From the NCBI GenBank assembly GCA_000092065.1, contig CP000595.1: a DNA stretch of 64,000 nt. One strand, written 5' to 3'. The number at the start of each line of letters is the position of its first letter. Within the stretch, counting starts at the first letter, position 1. A program made the translations under genes and the position numbers. Source of the stretch: Ostreococcus lucimarinus. Taxonomy: Eukaryota. The notes under the pieces were generated by a model. It saw only the letters and a program-made list of their open reading frames with translations, was not told the DNA's origin and did not search any database. Below are positions 58,944 to 64,000 of the stretch, in pieces.

Positions 58944-59402
58944 TCACCCGCATCCGGCGCCCGAGGACGCGTCGCCCGTCAACCCTAAATCATCCGCGCT
59001 CAGCTCGCGCTCGAGGGCCTCGATGATCTCCAGCGCGCTCGGCGGTCGGCCTCGCGAGAGCGCGCTGAACGCGGCGTCCTTCGCGCGCGCCCCCTCGAGA
59101 TCCGCCTCTCCCGACCCATCGTCCAGGCTGTCGCACACCACCACCTCGAACGCCCCCGGTCGAGGTCCCGCGTCGCCGACGACGCGCGCGTCGTTGCCGT
59201 CCACCATCAATCGCGGGAACGCGTCCTCGACGGCGTCGGCGACGGCGAGAAATGCATTTAAATGCTTCCCTTCGTCGTATTCGACGTGAATCGTCCTCGG
59301 CGGCGCGTTCCCGAGCGCGCTTCGTCACGCGTACGCGCGGTAGACGACGCGCGCGCGAAGTCGCTCGCATCCGCGCCGCGCGAGCGCGCGGAGCGCGGAC
59401 AT
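58944..59402 (-). CDS. SelW/Rdx-fold-like small protein. Its ATG at 59402 is in frame with an internal TGA at 59327..59325 (candidate selenocysteine or readthrough). The track shows only the TGA-downstream part, 58944..59210.
   Basis: Minus-strand translation gives MSALRALARRGCERLRARVVYRAYA-TGA-RSALGNAPPRTIHVEYDEGKHLNAFLAVADAVEDAFPRLMVDGNDARVVGDAGPRPGAFEVVVCDS…AAFSALSRGRPPSALEIIEALEREL. This aligns with the SelW pattern VRVVYCGAUGY…LEDEFPGRL…GFFEV.V.G.L.FSK…GGFP….LI.AI. No ATG lies between the TGA and the conserved domain. Confidence 0.4.
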
Positions 59403-59465
59403 GACGACGTCGAAGCGGCGAAACGTCGCGCAGTGACGCTTTATCCGGGACACCGCGACGTCACG

Positions 59466-60500
59466 ATGACGCGCGTCGCGCGGCGGCTGCGACGCGCGAG
59501 CGCGACGCTCGCGCGCGCGATGACGTCGATGGTTCATCACTCCGCGACGCGGCACGCGCCGGGGGCGAACGGCGCGGTGCCCGTGGTGCATCACGCGAGC
59601 TACAGCAAACCAGTCATGCCGCGCGGGCACAGATTTCCGATGACTGTTTTCCAGCGCGTGCACGACATCCTGCGCGAAGAGGGCGTCATCGCGAGAGGGC
59701 AGACGAATTGCTTCGTCCCGGGACGCGCGCCGAGCGTGGACGAGCTGTGTCGAGCGCACGATGAAGATTACGTGAGAGACGTGCGCGCGAGCGCGCTGGA
59801 CGCGAAGCGCGAGAGAGAAATCGGACTGCCGTGGAGCGACGCGCTCGTGGAGAGAACGCTGATGGAGGTTTCGGGGACGATGCTGACGGTGGATTTGGCG
59901 ATGAAGGTGGGATTGTGCGTGAACACGGCGGGAGGGACGCATCACGCGCATCGCGATAGGGGGAGCGGGTTTTGCATCGTCAACGATTTGGCGGTGTCGG
60001 CGCTGAGGGCGATCGATTCGGGGGCGGTGTCGAGGGTGATGATTATAGATTTAGACGTGCATCAAGGCGATGGGACGGCGGCGATTTTAGCGAACGAACC
60101 GGGCGTGTTTACGTTTTCGGCGCACGCGAAGTCTAATTTTCCGGCGCGAAAGCAACAGAGCACGCGAGACGTCGAGCTGCCGCGCGGGATGACGGACGAC
60201 GCGTACATGGCCGTCGTCGCGGCGGCGATGCGAGAGTCTCTCGAAGACTTTCGGCCAGAGTTGGTGATTTACGACGCAGGCGTGGACGTGACGTCGAACG
60301 ACACACTCGGACATCTCGATCTCACCGTCGAAGGGCTGTATCGACGCGAGCGCATGGTGATGGACACCGTGCTCGGCGCCGGCATTCCCCTCGCGGGGGT
60401 CGTCGGGGGTGGGTACTCACCGGATATAGATGAGCTCGCGAGTCGTCACGCAGTCTTGCATCGCGTGGCGCGCGAAATGTTCGTCGATCACGGGTTGTAA
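59466..60500 (+). CDS. Histone-deacetylase-fold (arginase/deacetylase superfamily; HDA/AcuC-like) protein.
   Basis: …PVVHHASYSKPVMPRGHRFPM…GGTHHAHRDRGSGFCIVNDLAV…VMIIDLDVHQGDGT…FTFSAH contains the HDAC signatures (HH..Y, GG.HHA……GFC..ND, D.D.HHGDG). The start was set to in-frame ATG 59466, because the track start at 59262 overlaps the divergent minus-strand gene. Confidence 0.75.
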   Translation: MTRVARRLRRASATLARAMTSMVHHSATRHAPGANGAVPVVHHASYSKPVMPRGHRFPMTVFQRVHDILREEGVIARGQTNCFVPGRAPSVDELCRAHDEDYVRDVRASALDAKREREIGLPWSDALVERTLMEVSGTMLTVDLAMKVGLCVNTAGGTHHAHRDRGSGFCIVNDLAVSALRAIDSGAVSRVMIIDLDVHQGDGTAAILANEPGVFTFSAHAKSNFPARKQQSTRDVELPRGMTDDAYMAVVAAAMRESLEDFRPELVIYDAGVDVTSNDTLGHLDLTVEGLYRRERMVMDTVLGAGIPLAGVVGGGYSPDIDELASRHAVLHRVAREMFVDHGL

Positions 60501-60521
60501 ACTAAATTAATAGTATCGTAG

Positions 60522-61403
60522 TCATCCGGCATCTGTGACCCGTCGCCGTTCTTCGTCGATCTCCGGTAGCAACGCGTCCACGCGCGCCGCTCTGTGCGCT
60601 TCGTCATACAGTCGTCTGTGCTCTCGCCAGAAAGGCAAGATTTCGCGAAGGGAGACGTGCCCGCCGTCGGCGTCGTGTCGATGCCGATGTCGAGAAAGTG
60701 CGATTTCGAGACCGATTACCGCGTCGGCGTCCGGGAGAATCGGCATCGCTACTTTTTCCCAGGTGAGTCGTAGACTCTGCGCGTGTGGATGCTCTCGCTC
60801 AATCAGGAAGAGTATGACTTCCATGTTCCCATTTGACATGGCACAAAAGTACGTCTTCGCGTCCCAAGGACACCCGTGCTCGTGCGCGTACTTCAAACAC
60901 TCCAAATGTCCATAATTGGCGGCATACCAGCACGTCCACACGTTCCAAGGACACCCTTGCTCGTGTGCGTACTTCAAACACTCCAAATGTCCATTCTTGG
61001 CGGCATACCAGCACGTCTCCTCGTCCCAAGGACACCCGCGCTTGTGCGCGTACTTCAAACACTCCAACTGTCCATTCGAGGCGGCATCACGGCACGTCCA
61101 CACGTCCCAAGGACACCCGCGCTCGTGCGCGTACTTCAAACACTCCAAATGTCCATAACGGGCGGCATTCGCGCACGTCTTCGCGTTCCAAGGATACCCG
61201 AGCGCGCGCGCCTCTACGAGAAGGTCCAACCTCCCCACGGCGGCGCACGCACCAGACACAGTTCCTTGCGCATCCTCTTCCGGTCGTATACCGTCGTCCA
61301 AGGTGGCGATAGCATCCTCAATTGTGTTTCTATACAACCAGTCCACGTTTTCTTCCGCGATTGCCACGAGCGCGGCTCTCAAACGCGCCTGAACTTCACT
61401 CAT
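60522..61403 (-). CDS. Ankyrin-repeat protein, paralog A (5 repeats of the NGHLECLKYAHE.GCPWD..TC type).
   Basis: Repeats …RYGHLECLKYAHERGCPWDVWTCRDAASNGQLECLKYAHKRGCPWDEETCWYAAKNGHLECLKYAHEQGCPWNVWTC…. The ATG at 61403 gives MSEVQARLRAALVAIAEE. GC content is below the window average. Confidence 0.7.
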   Translation of the reverse strand: MSEVQARLRAALVAIAEENVDWLYRNTIEDAIATLDDGIRPEEDAQGTVSGACAAVGRLDLLVEARALGYPWNAKTCANAARYGHLECLKYAHERGCPWDVWTCRDAASNGQLECLKYAHKRGCPWDEETCWYAAKNGHLECLKYAHEQGCPWNVWTCWYAANYGHLECLKYAHEHGCPWDAKTYFCAMSNGNMEVILFLIEREHPHAQSLRLTWEKVAMPILPDADAVIGLEIALSRHRHRHDADGGHVSLREILPFWREHRRLYDEAHRAARVDALLPEIDEERRRVTDAG

Positions 61404-61572
61404 GTGTGTCTCGCGAGTCGATGTGTGAGGACGCGCCGCCGATAGTCGCGCTCGACCACTCGATGACATTTTCAAGCGCGATCGTATCGTACGACGCGGC
61501 GATTCAGTGACGATAAACTAAACTAATCGTAGGTAGGGAGGTGCACGTTACATCATCGCGTCGTCATCGTCG

Positions 61573-62697
61573 TCATCCGGCATCTGTGACCCGTCGCCGT
61601 TCTTCGTCGATCTCCGGTAGCGACGCGTCCACGCGCGCCGCTCTGTGCGCTTCGTCATACAGTCGTCTGTGCTCTCGCCAGAAAGGCAAGATTTCGCGAA
61701 GGGAGACGTGCCCGCCGTCGGCGTCGTGTCGATGCCGATGTCGAGAAAGTGCGATTTCGAGACCGATTACCGCGTCGGCGTCCGGGAGAATCGGCATCGC
61801 TACTTTTTCCCAGGTGAGTCGTAGACTCTGCGCGTGTGGATGCTCTCGCTCAATCAGGAAGAGTATGACTTCCATGTTCCCATTTGACATGGCACAAAAG
61901 TACGTCTTCGCGTCCCAAGGACACCCGCGCTCGTGCGCGTACTTCAAACACTCCAAATGTCCATACTTGGCGGCATACCAGCACGTCTTCGCGTCCCAAG
62001 GACACCCTTGCTCGTGCGCGTACTTCAAACACTCCAAATGTCCATTCTTGGCGGCATACCAGCACGTCTCCTCGTCCCAAGGACACCCGCGCTTGTGCGC
62101 GTACTTCAAACACTCCAACTGTCCATTCGAGGCGGCATCACGGCACGTCCACACGTCCCAAGGACACCCGCGCTTGTGCGCGTACTTCAAACACTCCAAC
62201 TGTCCATTCGAGGCGGCATGCGCGCACGTCCACACGTCCCAAGGACACCCGCGCTCGTGCGCGTACTTCAAACACTCCAAATGTCCATTATTGGCGGCAA
62301 ATGAGCACGTCGACGTGTTCCAAGGACACCCGTTCTCGTGCGCGTACTTCAGACAGTCCAAATGTCCACCATCGGCGGCATCCATGCACGTCTTCTCGTC
62401 CCAAGGACACCCGTGCTCGTGCGCGTACTTCAAAATCCTAAAATATCCAGACGAGGCGGCATTCGCGCACGTCTTCGCGTTCCAAGGATACCCGAGCACG
62501 CGCGCCTCTACGAGAAGGTCCAACCTCCCCACGGCGGCGCACGCACCAGACACAGTTCCTTCCGCATCCTCTTCCGGTCGTATACCGTCGTCCAAGGTGG
62601 CGATAGCATCCTCAATTTCTTCTTCATACAAAGCGTTCACGTCTTCTTCCGCGATTGCCACGAGCGCGGCTCTCAAACGCGCCTGAACTTCACTCAT
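61573..62697 (-). CDS. Ankyrin-repeat protein, paralog B (9 repeats). The N- and C-terminal regions and the flanking non-coding DNA are near-identical to paralog A.
   Basis: The same MSEVQARLRAALVAIAEE N-terminus and …MSNGNMEVILFLIEREHPHAQSLRLTWEKVAMPILPDADAVIGLEIALSRHRHRHDADGGHVSLREILPFWREHRRLYDEAHRAARVDA(L/S)LPEIDEERRRVTDAG C-terminus as paralog A. It has more internal repeats. Confidence 0.7.
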   Translation of the reverse strand: MSEVQARLRAALVAIAEEDVNALYEEEIEDAIATLDDGIRPEEDAEGTVSGACAAVGRLDLLVEARVLGYPWNAKTCANAASSGYFRILKYAHEHGCPWDEKTCMDAADGGHLDCLKYAHENGCPWNTSTCSFAANNGHLECLKYAHERGCPWDVWTCAHAASNGQLECLKYAHKRGCPWDVWTCRDAASNGQLECLKYAHKRGCPWDEETCWYAAKNGHLECLKYAHEQGCPWDAKTCWYAAKYGHLECLKYAHERGCPWDAKTYFCAMSNGNMEVILFLIEREHPHAQSLRLTWEKVAMPILPDADAVIGLEIALSRHRHRHDADGGHVSLREILPFWREHRRLYDEAHRAARVDASLPEIDEERRRVTDAG

Positions 62698-62887
62698 GTG
62701 TGTCTCGCGAGTCGATGTGTGAGGACGCGCCGCCGATAATCGCGCTCGACCACTCGATGACATTTTCAAGCGCGATCGTATCGTACGACGCGGCGATTCA
62801 GTGACGATAAAGCGCTCGTGATTCTATAATCTATTCGAACGCGTCTACTTCTAGTCCTTCCGGCGCGCCATCGTCGCGACGGCGCGT

Positions 62888-63859
62888 CTAAACCTCTACG
62901 TCTAATCTCGCGAGCAAATCGTCAATGCGATGCAACGCCTCGCTCGCCGCCGGCGGACAAAACTGGCGCGCGCGCTCGAGCAAGTCGCGTATCTTCTCCG
63001 TATCCGCGGGTTTCCGTTCGTCCGCGGCGGATTTCAACAACCAAACCGCCGTCCTGTACGCATCATCCGCCAACGACGCGTCCGTATCGCTCCAACCCGT
63101 CTCCGAATCGGCGCCTTCGGCGTCGTGGAACTCGTCGCCGGCGTCGTCAAAGTCTCGCGAGTCGTCGAACTCGTCATCATCGCGCGAAACGAATTCGTCG
63201 TCATCACCCTCGTCCTCGTCCTCTTGTTCCAGCAAAGCTCGCGTCTGGGCGATCGTTTTCAACAACTTTTCCTTGGCCTCCGTCATCGAGCGAGGACAGC
63301 ACGACTCCGCGTACACAAATCTTCGCAACGCCTCGTTCAAATCGCCCCGTTTCAACGCGCGCACGCCAGCCTTAAACTCTTCATCCGCGATCACGGCGTC
63401 TTCATCGTCATCCCGCTCGTCGTCTTCATCGTCGACGTCCGAATCCCCCGAAGCCGCCGCCGCGCTCGCGTCGCCGTCTTCGTCCACTTCGCGCGCCCGT
63501 CGTCCCCACTCATCCTCCCCAGGTTTCGCCGCGCCGTAAATAACCGAACACGCATCCATCGCGTACCCTCGCCGCGCCCGCCGAGCCGCGTTTTCTTCAA
63601 TCTCTCGCTCCGCGCGTCGCATCAAATCCATTGGATTCTGATTTTGCATTTGATTCTGCGCTCGTTTCTGATTCTGATTCCGTCCTTCGCGCGCGCGCGC
63701 GCTCGACGCGCTCGCGCCGTCGTCGCGCGTCGCGTCGGCGACGCCGCGCTCCATGTCGACGGACTCCCGCGCGGACGCGCGCGACGAAGTGACGCGAACG
63801 AATCCAATCCAATCCAATCCACACCGGTCGGTCGCCGTCTCGGGACGACATGGGGACAC
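62888..63859 (-). CDS. Hypothetical highly acidic protein (Asp/Glu-rich, with a Gln/Asn-rich N-terminus). No family recognised.
   Basis: A 323-aa ORF with protein-like segments (…KAGVRALKRGDLNEALRRFVYAESCCPRSMTEAKEKLLKTIAQTRALLEQ…). GATTCT and CAAAAT-type short repeats encode the QNQ region. Confidence 0.4.
   Translation of the reverse strand: MSPCRPETATDRCGLDWIGFVRVTSSRASARESVDMERGVADATRDDGASASSARAREGRNQNQKRAQNQMQNQNPMDLMRRAEREIEENAARRARRGYAMDACSVIYGAAKPGEDEWGRRAREVDEDGDASAAAASGDSDVDDEDDERDDDEDAVIADEEFKAGVRALKRGDLNEALRRFVYAESCCPRSMTEAKEKLLKTIAQTRALLEQEDEDEGDDDEFVSRDDDEFDDSRDFDDAGDEFHDAEGADSETGWSDTDASLADDAYRTAVWLLKSAADERKPADTEKIRDLLERARQFCPPAASEALHRIDDLLARLDVEV
63803..63823. repeat. Pentanucleotide microsatellite (AATCC)4.
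   Basis: Direct reading shows aatccaatccaatccaatcc. Confidence 0.8.
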
Positions 63860-63892
63860 CTCTCAGACGGCACTCTGAGACGCGCCGCTCGC

Positions 63893-63950
63893 TCGAACGA
63901 ACGAACGAACGAACGCGACCGAACGAAAAAAACGAACGAACGAAACCCTT
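63893..63950. repeat. (GAAC/CGAA)n tetranucleotide-type microsatellite.
   Basis: gaacgaacgaacgaacgaacgcgaccgaacgaaaaaaacgaacgaacgaaac. Confidence 0.7.
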
Positions 63951-64000
63951 CATGCTCTGCTCCGCGCTGAACGCGCGAACGACGACGTGCGGACGAACGA

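Larger units (their letters stand above)
60501..62820. repeat. Tandem segmental duplication: two units of about 1.05 kb and 1.25 kb, each carrying an ankyrin-repeat gene plus about 100 bp of identical 5' and 3' flank. Internal 99-bp ankyrin-coding repeats are near-identical at the DNA level.
   Basis: The same sequence gtcatccggcatctgtgacccgtcgccgttcttcgtcgatctccggtag… begins at 60521 and at 61571. The sequence …ctcatgtgtgtctcgcgagtcgatgtgtgaggacgcgccgccgata(g/a)tcgcgctcgaccactcgatgacattttcaagcgcgatcgtatcgtacgacgcggcgattcagtgacgataaa ends both units, at about 61516 and 62819. Confidence 0.8.

Noticed and set aside
58526-59026. Plus-strand ORF of 166 aa opposite the SelW-like gene.
   Set aside because: It is an Arg-rich antisense artefact with no motifs.

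Overview
The window looks like GC-rich (~65%) nuclear DNA from a green alga of the Mamiellophyceae (Micromonas-like); this is an inference from composition, gene density, a spliced histone gene and TGTAA poly(A) signals. It holds about 38 tightly packed, mostly intron-free protein-coding genes on both strands, typically under 200 bp apart. The ORF track allows non-ATG starts, so several gene starts were moved to an in-frame ATG, and those refined starts may be off by a few bases. The GC bias also produces many long spurious antisense ORFs, and the track lists them. Calls made from recognisable motifs: FtsHi, deoxyhypusine hydroxylase, SF3B6/p14, DGAT2, calcineurin B-like sensor, PTOX-like alternative oxidase, RlmA-like methyltransferase, Smr-domain protein, NTE/patatin phospholipase, RluA pseudouridine synthase, NMD3, CMP-Kdo synthetase, GH47 mannosidase, a MAPKK-like kinase, spliced histone H2A.X, R2R3-Myb, ABC-F ATPase, PPAT, NOC4, U2AF35, Enhancer-of-polycomb, an RTEL1/FANCJ-type helicase, a NOT2/3/5 subunit and an HDAC-fold protein. 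No rRNA, tRNA, CRISPR array or clear transposon was seen. The more unusual features are: (1) a tandem duplication at 60.5-62.8 kb of two lower-GC ankyrin-repeat genes; (2) a fusion of a PAP/inositol-phosphatase domain with a small-molecule kinase domain; (3) a SelW/Rdx-like ORF with an upstream in-frame TGA and a conspicuously AT-rich 3' island; (4) a Myb gene whose upstream AT-hook ORF is in frame with it, separated by a single TGA; (5) a 26-bp perfect palindrome and other repeat modules in divergent promoters; (6) palindromic TGTAA poly(A) signals between convergent genes; (7) a stem-loop immediately after the histone stop codon.
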